A stretch of 64,000 nt of DNA, taken from Phycisphaerae bacterium (GTDB lineage: Bacteria; Planctomycetota; Phycisphaerae; UBA1845). The position numbers and the translations under genes are program-made. The notes under the pieces were generated by a model. It searched no databases. It saw only the letters and a program-made list of their open reading frames with translations, and had not been told where the DNA came from. The DNA lies in contig CAXXGO010000006.1 in NCBI GenBank assembly GCA_963666835.2, positions 992,001-1,056,000 of the forward strand, in the 5' to 3' direction. The number at the start of each line of letters is the position of its first letter. Position 1 is the stretch's first letter. This document shows, piece by piece, positions 21,640 through 32,901 of the stretch.

Positions 21640-23700
21640 CTAGTCTTCCGCTTTCGTATCCCCTCGCGCGAAGATGCTGGCCACGTAGTTCAGGACGTCG
21701 GTAGCGCTGGTTTCGTTGTACCCGAAGTACTTGATCAGGCGCTGCTTGACGACGTCGATCTTCGCCTGGGTCTCGTCATCTACCACTCCGGAGACCACGT
21801 TCTTGAGCTTGATCGTGTCCCGCTGGTCCTCGAACAGTTTGAGTTCCAGAGCCTTGTGGAGACGAGCGTTGGTATGGAACTCGAACTTCTTGCCGTCGAG
21901 CGAGAGGGCTCCGATGTAGTTCATGATCTCCTGCCGGAAGTCATCCTTGCGGCTCTCCGGGATGTCGATCTTCTCTTCGATCGAACGCATCAGGCGCTCG
22001 TCCGGCTCTTCGTCCTTGCCGGTGTACTTGTTGCGGACCTTCTCGTGCTGGGTGTACGCCCGGACGTTCTCGATGTAGTTCGAGCACAGGCGTGCGATGG
22101 CGTCTTCATCGGCGCTGATGGCCCGCTGGACTTCGGATTTCAGGGTATCCTCGTATTCCTCACGGACCGAGCCGAGCAGTTCGCGGTAACGCGTTTTCTG
22201 TTCTTCGTCGGTGATCAGGCTGTGATGCGAGAGCCCGGCCTCCAATTCGTTCATGACCATGAACGGATTGATGCAGTTCTCCTGGATGGCCTGGTCGTTG
22301 ACCAGGCAGTTCGATAGTTTGTCCTGGATGTAACGTGGGCTGATACCCTGCAGCCCTTCTCGTGGAGCTTCCTCGCGCAGCTCGCGGACGGAATCTTCCG
22401 TGAAGTTCGGGATACTCTTGCCGCTGTAGAGTTTGAGCTTCTGCATCAGAGTCAGCCCGGCCTTCTTCGGTTCGTCCAGTCGTGTGAGCACGGCCCACAT
22501 TGCGGCCATCTCGATCGTATGCGGGGCGATGTGGATCCCGCGGATGCGTTCCTTGTTGAAGTCCTTCTCGTAGATAGCGACCTCGTCCTCGAGCTTGATG
22601 TTGTACGGGACGTCGATCTTGATCGTCCGGTCGCGAAAGGCCTCCATCAGCTCGTTGGATTGGAGCTTCTTGTACTCGGGCTCGTTAGTGTGTCCGATGA
22701 TCACTTCGTCAATGTGGGTCTGCGCGAATTTCTTCGGCTTGATTACGTGTTCCTGAGACGCGCCGAGCAGATCGTAGAGAAAGGCCACATCGAGCTTGAG
22801 GACTTCAATGAACTCGACCAGACCGCGGTTGGCGATGTTCAGTTCGCCGTCGAAGTTGAACGCCCGGGGGTCGCTGTCGCTGCCGAACTCGGCGATCTTG
22901 CGGTAGTTGATGTCGCCGGTCAGCTCGGTCGAGTCCTGGTTCTTCTCGTCTTTGGGCTGGAAGGTGCCGATTCCGATCCGGTCCTTTTCGCTGAGGATCA
23001 CTCGCCGCACGTGAACGTGCTCGATTACCTTCAGCCAGTCTCCGTCGTATTTGAGGAGCAGATCGTCAAACATCTTGCGGCAGAAGGGGTCGAGAGCGCC
23101 TTCGATCCGGATTTGTGATCCTTCGCGCATGCCCTCGTTGAGTTTGCCCAAAGCGGCTTTGCGGGCCTCGATGGGAATGAGCTTCAACGGCTCCTCGTGC
23201 ATCGGGCAGGGATACACCACGTTGTTGCCGTCGTGGTCGGGGACGTTCCACGAGAAGCTGTACATCGCGCCCTCGTCGAGCCGGGAGTAGTACTCGAGTC
23301 CCTTTTTCAACAAGCGGGCGATCGTGCTCTTGGATGACCCCACCGGCCCGTGCAGCAACAGGATCCGGCGTTCCGTGCCGTATTGATGAGCCGCGGACTT
23401 GAAGAAATCCACCAGGTTCATCAGGGCGCGATCGAGCCCGAAAATAGCGTCGGCTCCGTCGTCGATCGGGTCCGAGAAGAACTTGTAGCGAACCAGTTCC
23501 TCGCGCATGCGCGAGTAGCGCTCGACGCCGAAGTGCATGATCATGTCATAAATGCGTTGGAAGGCATTACGCGCAATCCGCGGGTCCTTGGCGACCAGAT
23601 CCAGGTACTCGTGGAAGGAACCCTCCCAGTGCTGCTCGCGGAACCGGTCCGCGCTCATGCTACCTTCTACAACCGAGACAATGTCCTGAGCTGTTGCCAT
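21640..23700 (-). CDS. prkA: PrkA/YeaG family AAA+ serine protein kinase
   Basis: [48 protein letters not shown] before ATG 23700. Confidence 0.95.
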   Translation of the reverse strand: MATAQDIVSVVEGSMSADRFREQHWEGSFHEYLDLVAKDPRIARNAFQRIYDMIMHFGVERYSRMREELVRYKFFSDPIDDGADAIFGLDRALMNLVDFFKSAAHQYGTERRILLLHGPVGSSKSTIARLLKKGLEYYSRLDEGAMYSFSWNVPDHDGNNVVYPCPMHEEPLKLIPIEARKAALGKLNEGMREGSQIRIEGALDPFCRKMFDDLLLKYDGDWLKVIEHVHVRRVILSEKDRIGIGTFQPKDEKNQDSTELTGDINYRKIAEFGSDSDPRAFNFDGELNIANRGLVEFIEVLKLDVAFLYDLLGASQEHVIKPKKFAQTHIDEVIIGHTNEPEYKKLQSNELMEAFRDRTIKIDVPYNIKLEDEVAIYEKDFNKERIRGIHIAPHTIEMAAMWAVLTRLDEPKKAGLTLMQKLKLYSGKSIPNFTEDSVRELREEAPREGLQGISPRYIQDKLSNCLVNDQAIQENCINPFMVMNELEAGLSHHSLITDEEQKTRYRELLGSVREEYEDTLKSEVQRAISADEDAIARLCSNYIENVRAYTQHEKVRNKYTGKDEEPDERLMRSIEEKIDIPESRKDDFRQEIMNYIGALSLDGKKFEFHTNARLHKALELKLFEDQRDTIKLKNVVSGVVDDETQAKIDVVKQRLIKYFGYNETSATDVLNYVASIFARGDTKAED

Positions 23701-24234
23701 GGCGACTACCTCCCAAACAGATGCGGCCGTCGGTACGCTTTGTGGAACGAGCCCCACCGTCACCCTGTCGAGAGTGTTCGGAGCCCATCGCCGCGCGCAA
23801 TTGCCGCCCGCCGACTCGTTTCCCTCGTCAACGGATACCGCCCCAATCGCATCCGATAAGCCATTGAATGCTAGGAGTGCCCGTCGACGCGAGTCAACGC
23901 CTTACCGGACACCTGCACACCGGTTAACCAGCATAATCGCCCCCTGAAGCACCGAAAAGCCGGTACCGGCGCCGCTCCCGCGGGGGAAGCCCTCTGCGCC
24001 GTTGTGGCAGAGTCCGCGTTCACCGGCGGGCTGCCAGGGGCCTTCTCTAATCAAACCTATATCGCCGTGCGTATTGGACGCACTAGTCGCAAACCAACTG
24101 CGCGTCTGGTTGACTATCGGCCGACCATGCTACGGCGGTTGGCAAAAATCCTGCTTGGAGAACGGCTTGCTCTGATGACGCGAACGTGTCGCATAACGAC
24201 GTGCATGGGACGGAATTATCGGCCGCGGACCCGG

Positions 24235-24363
24235 ATGTCCCCTACGGCTGAAGCCATTGGCCACTCGTCCGGCTGGGTGGCCCATCGCTTTAGCGTTGGG
24301 GAATCGCCGCCCGTCCCTGAGCGGGGGGGCGGCACTATTCTGCAGGCAGGATGCCTGCGCTAC
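24235..24363. repeat. Small palindromic repeat cluster
   Basis: Hairpins CCCTACGGCTGAAGCCATTGG and CCCATCGCTTTAGCGTTGGG, and a minus-strand GTAG-GCAGGCATCCTGCCTGC-type REP at 24342-24363. Confidence 0.55.
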
Positions 24364-24385
24364 AATAATACGTGCCAGTCCTATG

Positions 24386-24679
24386 TCAGAAACGGCTCTT
24401 ACGGGCCTGTTTCTCCCAGGCGGGGATGCGGTCGTTACGGATGCGGACGACCAGCCAGACGATCGCGAGGATGCCGAGCAACGTGGCGAACATGGCCAGC
24501 ATCGTCACCAGACTCGAAATCGTCATAATCGGAGCCGGGGCGAGGGGGTCCGCGGGTTGTTCCCCGGTGTCAACATCCAACAGGGTCGAGACCCAGAACA
24601 ACGCGGGCGCGGCCACCGCACAGCCGACAATGGCCGCGACGATTTGCCAGATCGCCCAGCGTTTGACTTTCTTACTCAT
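24386..24679 (-). CDS. Small two-TM hypothetical membrane protein
   Basis: MSKKVKRWAIWQIVAAIVG...; two hydrophobic helices, basic tail, GAGG RBS. Confidence 0.65.
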   Translation of the reverse strand: MSKKVKRWAIWQIVAAIVGCAVAAPALFWVSTLLDVDTGEQPADPLAPAPIMTISSLVTMLAMFATLLGILAIVWLVVRIRNDRIPAWEKQARKSRF

Positions 24680-24873
24680 AATGCACCTCTGCCCGCGGCC
24701 GATCCTTGCCACCCCCGCATACCGGCTGGGGTACCGAATGGAATCTACCACGCGACATCAGGGTAAACCGAGCGCAGCGGGATGCAAGGGGGGCGGGGGC
24801 CTTATCCATGCATCCGTAACCGGGGTCACCAGCTCTGACCTCCTGCCGGGCAAAGGGCTGGGGAATGTGTGCC

Positions 24874-27800
24874 CTACGCCCGGACCGGTTCGATAAGTTC
24901 CGGTTCGTCGCGCTCGGCTTCCTTCAGATGCAGCACGACTCGCAGATCCTCGACGATTATGAACAGAGCCGGGACCAGCAACAGCACCACTCCGGTAGCG
25001 AAGATAATCCCAAACGCCAGCGACAGGGCCATGGGGATCAGGAACCGGGCCTGGCGAGACGTTTCGAGGATCATCGGAGCCAGCCCTCCGAACGTGGTGA
25101 GGGAGGTCAGCGTGATTGGGCGAAACCGCCGCAGTCCGGCGGCGATTATAGACTCCAACCGGCTCTTGCCTGCCCGATACTCCCGGTTGGCGAACTCGAT
25201 CAACACCAGTGAGTCGTTCACAACGACGCCGGCGAGAGCCACCATGCCCATCATGCTTACAATGCTCAGGCTGTACCCCATAATCAGGTGCCCCAACACG
25301 GCCCCAATGAAACCGAACGGGATGCTGGTCATGACGATCAGAGGCTGCACGTAGCTTCTAAAGGGCACGGCCAGAATCGCGTAGATCACCATCATCGCCA
25401 GCACGAAACCCATCTTGAGGCTATCAAGGCTCTCGGCCATCTCGGCCTGCCTGCCCTCGAACCCGTAACGCAGGCCGGGGTACTTCGTAAGCATCTCGGG
25501 CAACGTGTCGGCTTTAAGAGCTGCGAGGATCATGCCGGCTTGGCTGGGAGGGTCCACATCAGCGGTTACGGTGATAACCCGGCGGCCCTGCCGGCGATCG
25601 ATGGTGGTATACGCCCGGCCGCGGCTTACGGTTACGACCTCGCGCAAGGGGAGATCGGCTCCGGAGGGCGCGCGAATGAGCAGCTCCTCCAGATCATGTT
25701 CCGACACGCGTTCGGCTTCTGGCAACCGCACCATGATTTTGACTTCGTTGCGGCCCCGTTGCTGCCGGACCACCTCGGCTCCGTAGTACGCGTTGCGGAC
25801 CTGGCGGGCGACGTCGGAGGCGGACAGCCCGAGACTCTGTCCGGTTGGAAGAATGCGGAAGTCGAACTGCCTTTTGCCCGGCGTGAAACCATCGTCCACG
25901 TCACGGGCGTTGGGGAAAGTGCGAATTACCTCGGCAAGTTCGGCGCCGGCTTGTTCCAGAGTCTCGAGTTTGGGATGGCTCAGCTCGACGGTCAACGCGG
26001 CCCCGCCACCGGGTCCGCCGGTATCTGATCTGAAGGCCAGTGATTCCAGGCCGGGGATTGAACCGACCCTTTCGCGCCAGAGTTTGACGAACTCAGCCGT
26101 ACCCAGCGGTCGCTGATCCGGCGGAGTCAAAAAGACTCGCACGGTGGTGGTGTGCCCTCCCGACGCTCCGCCGCCACCCTGGGAGATCGGTCCGCCCTCG
26201 GCGGTAGATCCGCCGATTTCGGCGAGGATCCCCTCAACCAGAGTGTCGCCGCCGTGTTCATCGATAATCTCTTCGGCGGCGCGCATCAGATCCGCCTGGA
26301 CCTGCTCGGTTACTTCCACCGCCGTTCCGTACGGCAGCACGGCGGTAGCCAAAGCCAGATCGGATTCAACGCGGGGGAACATGGTCATCCCCATCCGGCC
26401 GCTACTGACATACGCTGCCGTCAGCATCAAAAGGCTCAATCCCACGGCCAACGTGACATAACGGTATTCCAGCGCCTTACGCAACAGCGGGCCGTAACGC
26501 TCCCGGATCATCCGGGAGAACCACTCACTGAAACGCTTCTGGCACCCATGAACCCAGCGGCGAATACCTCCGGCGCGGAAGTCTTTTTGATGGCCCAGGT
26601 GTGCGGGTAGAACGAACAGGCACTCCAGCAGCGACATGAGAAACACCAGGACTACCACCGCCGGAATCACCCGGAAGATCTTGCCCATGACCCCGGGAAC
26701 GAAGAACAGAGGCATGAATGCCGCAATGTTCGTCAGAATACTGAACGTAACCGGCTGCACGACCTCGCGGGCTCCCCGCACGGCCGCCTGAAGAAAGGGC
26801 AGACCCTGGCGGCGCCATTCGTAGACGTTCTCGCCAACGATAATGGCGTCGTCCACCACAATGCCCAGGGCGATGATGAACGCGAACAGCGACACCATGT
26901 TAATAGAGACACCCATGAGCGGCAGCAGCAGAACCGTACCGAGGAACGAGATCGGAATACCCATCGTCACCCAAAACGCCAGCCGGGCTTCGAGAAACAG
27001 AGCCAACAGCACGAACACCAGCGTCAAACCGAGGTAGCCGTTGCGAAGCAGCAAGTCCATTCGCTGCTGGTAGATGTCCGACATGTCATTCCAGACTTCG
27101 AGGCCGATTCCCTCCGGCAGGATCTGCTCCAACTCCCGGGTATGGCGGTGTACGGCTTCGGATACTCCGACGGGGGTCTCGTTGCCCACGCGGTACACCC
27201 CGACCATCACGGCCGGGTGACCGTTGTACCAGGCCGACTGGTCCGTATCCTCGAACCCGTCGTTGATTGTGGCAATATCCCCCAGAAGCAGCCTGGTTCC
27301 GTCGTTGCTGGTTAAGATCGGGATGTCGGCAAACTCGTTGCCGTAGTCGCGGCGTTCCTTCATGCGGACCAGAATCTCACCGCCGGAAGTTTTGATGCCA
27401 CCGCCCGGCACTTCGACGGCCGCCTCCCGCACCTTTCGAGCCACATCGTCGAGCGTCAGGCCATAGGCGCGCAGACACTCTTGCGGCACCTCGATGCCAA
27501 TCTCCAGCGGTCGCACGGCCGAGAGTTCCACCTGGGTGATCTCGGGATCCTGCACGAAGCGGTCGCGGACCTGCTCGGCGAACTCCCGGAGGATCCGCTC
27601 GTCCTGATCGCCGTAGAGCACCACCGACAGCACCTGGCGTCGGCGGCTGACGATGGTCACCTCCGGCTCTTCGATGTCTTCGGGAAAAGACCTGATGCGG
27701 TCGACTTCGCTCTGGATGTCCTGCGCGGCTTTGTTCACATCCTCTCCGAGCAGGATGTCAACGAAGACGTGCCCCGCGCCTTCCGCAGCGCTCGAACTTA

Positions 27801-28068
27801 TCTCTTCCACCGCGTCCAGACCTCGGACGGCTTCTTCAACTGCCAGGATAACGCCCTGTTCGACCTCCGTGGGACTCGCTCCGGGGTAGGCTACGCTGAT
27901 CGTTACCCGATCAAGGTCGAATTCCGGAAAGACCTCCTGCTTGATGCGCATCGACCACAAAATGCCGCCGGCAATCAAAACCAGCATCAGCAAGTTCGCG
28001 GCTACGGAGTTGCCGGCCATCCAGGCAATGGCGCCGTGCCGATCGGCGGTGGTTGGCGATGTGCTCAT
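24874..28068 (-). CDS. RND efflux transporter permease (AcrB family)
   Basis: 1064 aa; GIVVDDAIIVGEN, GVVVNDSLVL and RFRPITLTSLTT motifs. Confidence 0.95.
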   Translation of the reverse strand: MSTSPTTADRHGAIAWMAGNSVAANLLMLVLIAGGILWSMRIKQEVFPEFDLDRVTISVAYPGASPTEVEQGVILAVEEAVRGLDAVEEISSSAAEGAGHVFVDILLGEDVNKAAQDIQSEVDRIRSFPEDIEEPEVTIVSRRRQVLSVVLYGDQDERILREFAEQVRDRFVQDPEITQVELSAVRPLEIGIEVPQECLRAYGLTLDDVARKVREAAVEVPGGGIKTSGGEILVRMKERRDYGNEFADIPILTSNDGTRLLLGDIATINDGFEDTDQSAWYNGHPAVMVGVYRVGNETPVGVSEAVHRHTRELEQILPEGIGLEVWNDMSDIYQQRMDLLLRNGYLGLTLVFVLLALFLEARLAFWVTMGIPISFLGTVLLLPLMGVSINMVSLFAFIIALGIVVDDAIIVGENVYEWRRQGLPFLQAAVRGAREVVQPVTFSILTNIAAFMPLFFVPGVMGKIFRVIPAVVVLVFLMSLLECLFVLPAHLGHQKDFRAGGIRRWVHGCQKRFSEWFSRMIRERYGPLLRKALEYRYVTLAVGLSLLMLTAAYVSSGRMGMTMFPRVESDLALATAVLPYGTAVEVTEQVQADLMRAAEEIIDEHGGDTLVEGILAEIGGSTAEGGPISQGGGGASGGHTTTVRVFLTPPDQRPLGTAEFVKLWRERVGSIPGLESLAFRSDTGGPGGGAALTVELSHPKLETLEQAGAELAEVIRTFPNARDVDDGFTPGKRQFDFRILPTGQSLGLSASDVARQVRNAYYGAEVVRQQRGRNEVKIMVRLPEAERVSEHDLEELLIRAPSGADLPLREVVTVSRGRAYTTIDRRQGRRVITVTADVDPPSQAGMILAALKADTLPEMLTKYPGLRYGFEGRQAEMAESLDSLKMGFVLAMMVIYAILAVPFRSYVQPLIVMTSIPFGFIGAVLGHLIMGYSLSIVSMMGMVALAGVVVNDSLVLIEFANREYRAGKSRLESIIAAGLRRFRPITLTSLTTFGGLAPMILETSRQARFLIPMALSLAFGIIFATGVVLLLVPALFIIVEDLRVVLHLKEAERDEPELIEPVRA

Positions 28069-28074
28069 GATCGG

Positions 28075-29343
28075 CTATCCCTCTGCTTCGAGCTCGGTAG
28101 TCGCCGGAGCGTCTTCAGCGGATTCGACCCGTAAGGTCATGCCCTCCACGGGCGTGGCCAAAGCGCTGACGATGAGCGGCGCACCTTCACCAATGCCACG
28201 CACGAATACCTGATCGCGATTCCTCCAGACGACCTCGACTTGATGAACCACAAGGCGATTGTCTTCGCCGACGAGCCACACGCGATCTGCGTCGCGCAGA
28301 GCATTCCGGGGAATCACCGTTACATCGTGCAACGCAGCGCCTTCGATTTCGACGTTCACATAGGATCCGATCAACAGCGGGGGACGCGGCTGGTCCGGGG
28401 ACTGCAAGCCGAGCGGGTCCTCCACCTCCACCAGAAGGCGGGCCATTCGGCCCACGGGCTCGAGATCTCCGAGCAGGCGAACCACCCGGCCGGCCCACTC
28501 GGCATGTGCCGCATCCCCGATACTCTGGTGGATGCGGACCCCGGCCCCGACTTCCGTCTCACCGCGCGGTAAGGCAATCCACTTGAGCCGATCCACGGGG
28601 ATGGAAACCTGCACCCAATACTCGTCGGTACCGATTAACGTGGCCAGTTGGGTTTGCGTGGATACGCGGGCGCCCAGGTCTACGCCCTTGGTAGTGACGA
28701 TACTGTTGAACGGGGCTCGAATCGTCGTGTATTGCAGATCCAGCTCCGCCTTCTTGCGGGCCGCCAGTGCCGCGGTCAGCGCGGCGTTGGCTTTTTCCAG
28801 GTGCGGTTTGCGGAGGGCCAGCTCCCGATCGAGTTCGCTGGCGTCTCTCTCCGCCCCGAGCAGCGACCACTCGCGCTTGGCGATTTCCTGATGCCCCAGT
28901 TCCATTTTCACTCCATACCGGGCATCTGCCACCAGACTGTCACTTTGCTCCAAAGCGAGTTCATAATCTCGCGGGTCGATTCGTAGAATCGGGTCGCCGG
29001 TGTTAAGCAAGCCGCCGGGCATGAATGCGTCGTTCAGCTCGATAATCTCGCCGCTGACTCGCGGTTGAAGGGTTACTGTGCGTGCCGCTACCACCGTGCC
29101 CATCGCGCGCACGATCACGCGTTCGTCCGATCGCTGCGCGGCCTTAACTTCGACCAACGTAGCCACCGACGCCGGTTTGACGCGGTGTGCTTCGGGGGCG
29201 GTTCGATAGATCTGGATCGCCCCGGCCACCCCGCCCGCGGCTACGACCAGCGGCAAAACACCGCGGGCTAAGATGCGCGCCACCCGTCGCCCGAAACCGC
29301 CTTTCGGTGTCGGACCGGTCCCTTCGGTTGTGTCCGTGTGCAT
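28075..29343 (-). CDS. RND efflux periplasmic adaptor (MFP)
   Basis: N-terminal TM helix, PRVSGEI, IDPRDY, TTIRAPF, IPRNAL; operon context. Confidence 0.93.
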   Translation of the reverse strand: MHTDTTEGTGPTPKGGFGRRVARILARGVLPLVVAAGGVAGAIQIYRTAPEAHRVKPASVATLVEVKAAQRSDERVIVRAMGTVVAARTVTLQPRVSGEIIELNDAFMPGGLLNTGDPILRIDPRDYELALEQSDSLVADARYGVKMELGHQEIAKREWSLLGAERDASELDRELALRKPHLEKANAALTAALAARKKAELDLQYTTIRAPFNSIVTTKGVDLGARVSTQTQLATLIGTDEYWVQVSIPVDRLKWIALPRGETEVGAGVRIHQSIGDAAHAEWAGRVVRLLGDLEPVGRMARLLVEVEDPLGLQSPDQPRPPLLIGSYVNVEIEGAALHDVTVIPRNALRDADRVWLVGEDNRLVVHQVEVVWRNRDQVFVRGIGEGAPLIVSALATPVEGMTLRVESAEDAPATTELEAEG

Positions 29344-29364
29344 GATTCGGTTCCCCACGTTTGG

Positions 29365-30942
29365 TCAATCCTCGATTTCGGCGGGTTGGGTTTCTTCACT
29401 GATAAGCGCCGGACGTTCCAAATCGTCGGTCCAATTCCCTCCCAAAGCTCGATAGAGCCGGACGCGGTATACGAGCAGGTTCCGCCGAGCCTCGACCAGA
29501 CTGCGGGTCAGACGCTGTGTCGTCTGCAAACTCGTCAGGACCGGCAGGTAATCGTTGAGCCCTTTGCGATATCGCTGTTCCGCCTCCTGTAGGGCGTGAT
29601 CGGCATACTCGATCTGCTTTTCGAGGGCGGCAATGTGGCGATGCTGCATCCGTTCCGTTACCAAGGCGTCTTCAACTTCCTTGATTGCTGCCAGCACCGC
29701 GGCACGATAAGCCGCCAAGCGTTCCTCGATCACCGCCCGGTTGCGGCGGACCTCGGCCGCACGCCGCGATCCGTCGAAGAGCGGCGCCGTCAGATTGGCC
29801 GCCAGGTTCGCGAACCAATCATCGAGCAAAAACTCCAACTCGCCGGCCTGATACGCCGCCCGCCCCGTCAGGCTAATCGCCGGAAGCTGATCAGCCCGCG
29901 CCGCGGCCAGAGAGTTGTCAGCGGCCTCCAAACGCTTCCGGGCGGCGCGGATGTCCGGCCGGTTGATCAGCAGCTCGGCCGGCAGCCCGGCAGCCGGCAG
30001 CGGCGGCACCGTCTCCAGGTCGTACTCCCCCAGTTCCAAACTCGCACCCGGGGGCTTGCCCAGCAGCACCGCCAGCTCGTGCAAAAGAACCTGCTCGCTC
30101 GATTCAATCAACGGAATCTGCTTCTCGATGTCGGCCACAACTTGACGCTGCTGATAAACATCCAGAGCCGACACCAGAGAGCTTCTGAAACGCAGGTCGA
30201 CCAGCTCCAGATACGTCCGGCTCGTCTCCAGTTGCTGGGCGAGTAGCTGCTTTTGAGCCCGTAGCTCGATGATCCGCAGCCATCGATCGACCACCTCGCC
30301 CGCCACCGTCATCGCCGCCGCTTCCAGGTCATCGCGCGAGGCTTCGAAGTTGAGCCGGGCCGCGTTATGCCCTGCCGCGACCCGCCCCCAAAGGTCTATC
30401 TCGTAACCGGCGGCCAGACCGAAGCTGAACTGCTTGATCTCCGACAGCACCCGCGTGTTGGAGGTCGACGTCGTTGCCGCCGCAGTACCCGATCCACCGC
30501 CGGTGGTGACGCCCAGTTGTTGGGCAACCCTTTCAGTCACCGCGTCTACCGTGGCGGACAGCACTTGCGAACTTACCGAAGGGGCGTCCGCGCCCTCGAC
30601 CGTCGTGGAGCGGCGTTCATAGGACGCCCCTGATTCCAGGCTCAGCTCCGGATACCGCCCCGCGGCCGCGATGGTCGCCGCCGCCCCGGCCTGGTCCAGC
30701 CGGGCCCACATCTCGCGCAGGGTCAGGCTATCAGAGAGGGCCTCCTGCACCAGTGACGTAAGCTCGTCACTTTCAAACACCTCCCACCAGCGGTCGGACC
30801 GCTCCGTTTGGGCCTCGTATTCCGAAAAGGACTCGGGAAGGCGACCTTCGGGCGACGTTGCCCGCTGCGGCAGCAGGGATACGCACGAAACCCCGCTCAG
30901 CGCCAAAGCGGCGATGCAGAATGTCAGCCGATTGGCTCTCAT
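29365..30942 (-). CDS. Outer-membrane efflux lipoprotein (TolC/NodT family)
   Basis: Lipobox-like GVSC, WWEVF, YEIDLWG, LLINRPDI, LYRALGGNW; ATGA overlap with tetR. Confidence 0.93.
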   Translation of the reverse strand: MRANRLTFCIAALALSGVSCVSLLPQRATSPEGRLPESFSEYEAQTERSDRWWEVFESDELTSLVQEALSDSLTLREMWARLDQAGAAATIAAAGRYPELSLESGASYERRSTTVEGADAPSVSSQVLSATVDAVTERVAQQLGVTTGGGSGTAAATTSTSNTRVLSEIKQFSFGLAAGYEIDLWGRVAAGHNAARLNFEASRDDLEAAAMTVAGEVVDRWLRIIELRAQKQLLAQQLETSRTYLELVDLRFRSSLVSALDVYQQRQVVADIEKQIPLIESSEQVLLHELAVLLGKPPGASLELGEYDLETVPPLPAAGLPAELLINRPDIRAARKRLEAADNSLAAARADQLPAISLTGRAAYQAGELEFLLDDWFANLAANLTAPLFDGSRRAAEVRRNRAVIEERLAAYRAAVLAAIKEVEDALVTERMQHRHIAALEKQIEYADHALQEAEQRYRKGLNDYLPVLTSLQTTQRLTRSLVEARRNLLVYRVRLYRALGGNWTDDLERPALISEETQPAEIED

Positions 30943-31610
30943 GCCGAGCCCTCCTCGTCTCGCAGCAGGTTCTCGAGCGCCGCTAAGGAGAACTGCGTAA
31001 TGTGGTCGGCTAAGGCCTCGATCCCGGCATCGTCTAACTTCAATTCCGGGTTGAGTCGGGTCACCACCGGCTTGGCGTGGTGATAGTGAAGGTACTGCGC
31101 GGCCACACTGGTGGCGCACAGCCGCACGCGATCCTCGGTAATACCATCCCCGACGATTTCCCGGACGATTCCCACCAGCGTGAGAAAGTGCGGGCGGATG
31201 TGCCGTTCGACGAGCAGATCCAACACCCCGGTCGGCTCAGTCATCTCCCGAACGCGCAACCGGGCCAGCCAGGGCGGCCGTTGCTCGCTCAACAGCCCGC
31301 GAAGATGCCACGCCACGTGCGCCCGCAAGCGCTGTTCGGGAGCCGGGCCGGCGAGTTTCCTGATCGTCTCAGGATCAAGATGCCCGCACACATGCAGGGC
31401 GTGCTCGAACACCGCCCGATAGAGCCCCTCCTTATCGCCGAAGTGGTAGTTCACGGCGTTGAGGTTGGCCCCCGCCTTCCTGACAATCTCGCGAACGGTA
31501 GCTTTGCGGAACCCCTTCTCCGCGAAGATCTCCCCTGCGGCCTCCAGCAACCGCTCGCGAGTCCCCCCCTCCGTCGCCGTCCGGTTTGTCTGTTCCTTTG
31601 AGTTACCCAT
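30939..31610 (-). CDS. TetR family regulator (CecR/YbiH-like)
   Basis: TRERLLEAAGEIFAEKGF...TVREI...ANLNAVNYHFGDKEGLY; C-terminus ADHITQFSLAAL. Confidence 0.92.
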   Translation of the reverse strand: MGNSKEQTNRTATEGGTRERLLEAAGEIFAEKGFRKATVREIVRKAGANLNAVNYHFGDKEGLYRAVFEHALHVCGHLDPETIRKLAGPAPEQRLRAHVAWHLRGLLSEQRPPWLARLRVREMTEPTGVLDLLVERHIRPHFLTLVGIVREIVGDGITEDRVRLCATSVAAQYLHYHHAKPVVTRLNPELKLDDAGIEALADHITQFSLAALENLLRDEEGSA

Positions 31611-31635
31611 ACAACGCCGAGCCCATGATACAACT

Positions 31636-31676
31636 GTTTAATACGCAAGTATTAAACGCGCGTTGCACCGTGTCAA
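31636..31676 (-). promoter_or_regulatory. Probable TetR operator overlapping a sigma70-like promoter
   Basis: Perfect inverted repeat GTTTAATAC-GCAA-GTATTAAAC (31636-31657). On the minus strand, TTGACA (31676-31671), 17 nt, then AATACT. Confidence 0.7.
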
Positions 31677-31849
31677 CAGGGCGAGGGGATATTGTTGTAA
31701 ATCTTTGTCGTGGAATACTTTGCGATGGGAACGTCTCGTTGGGGATACACCCTCGGGCGTACCTGCCCGCCGGCCCTTGGATTATCGCCCTCGACGCCTC
31801 GCGCCAACAGCAGCCGTCCGACTTTCAATCCGGTTCCCCGAGCCCGAAA

Positions 31850-32610
31850 GCTTGGTAGGGCACGGTCGAGGAACGAGACCTGCCGTCGATTGCAGGGGCA
31901 TCGTCACCGGCTGCCCCGTGTTCGGCCCCGATCCCACACGGTTCTGCCACACTCTTGTCATTTATCAGATTCAATACAACATGCACCCGGCCATAACTCT
32001 CGGCGCCTTCTGAAAGACGCCGTGCGGCCGAGGCGACGGTGCGGTTCATCGACGTCGTCTCTTAGACCCCGTCAGGGTGTTTTGGATTGTTGGGACGTCA
32101 GCCGGGGGCGGCGGCCGCTGCGCGGCCTTGCCCCCGGCTACTATCTTGCAGGCTTTCAGCCTGAACACCGAGCCGGCTTGCAGACCGGCCCTCCGCTACG
32201 TACCACCGGCTTCCGGCTTGGTAGGGCACGGTCGAGGAACGAGACCTGCCGTCGATTGCAGGGGCATCGTCACCGGCTGCCCCGTGTTCGGCCCCGATCC
32301 CACACGGTTCTGCCACACTCTTGTCATATACCGGATTCGTGGCGATTGAATCGATACTCCCCCCTTGAAAGGGGGGGCTCGGGCGAAGGGGGGGCTCGGG
32401 CGGAAGGGGGGCTCGGATAAAGGGAAAGGCTCGGACGAGGGGGCTTGGATAAAGGGAGGGGCTCGGACGAAGAGGGGGATTGCGGGCTCCGCTACGGGCT
32501 CGGGCCTGACGTGCGGTGCGCAGAATACGGGATCCGACCCGGTGGCGGCGGCTGTTCCGCGGCTTTGCCCCCGGTGATTACTATCTTGCAGACTTTCAGC
32601 CTGCCCGACC
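31850..32610. repeat. Mosaic REP cluster 2 with a G-rich minisatellite
   Basis: GTAG-REP at 31855 and 32221 inside a ~110-bp direct duplication; two copies of a CCCCGG...CTATCTTGCAG.CTTTCAGCCTG module; GGGGGGCTCGG-type units at ~32365-32480. Confidence 0.8.
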
Positions 32611-32901
32611 CAACGTCAGCCGCCGCCTGCTCGGCGAGGCGCAAGCCACGCTCGGTAAGGCAGTTGCCCAAGTTGCCGATCGGCTCAGAACCAGCGCATT
32701 TGCTGCGAAAACTCGGGGCGGATGCGGGCCGCGGTTGTTATTCTCGGGTTTTGCTTGCTCTTGCGACCCCGGTTCAGGTACGGTAACAGAATCGGCGGGT
32801 TAGTGTCGGATCGCACGGCCCGAGCCGGTGCGGCCATGTCGAATGGGGAACGATCGGCCGCTTTGCACGGGGCACACGGGGTAGAGATATGGGGGCATAT
32901 C

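Noticed and set aside
20536..22317. Long antisense ORFs (593 aa here; also 18854-19942, 58439-59896, 59607-60776, 42936-44306)
   Set aside because: Shadows of well-supported genes on the opposite strand in high-GC3 DNA.
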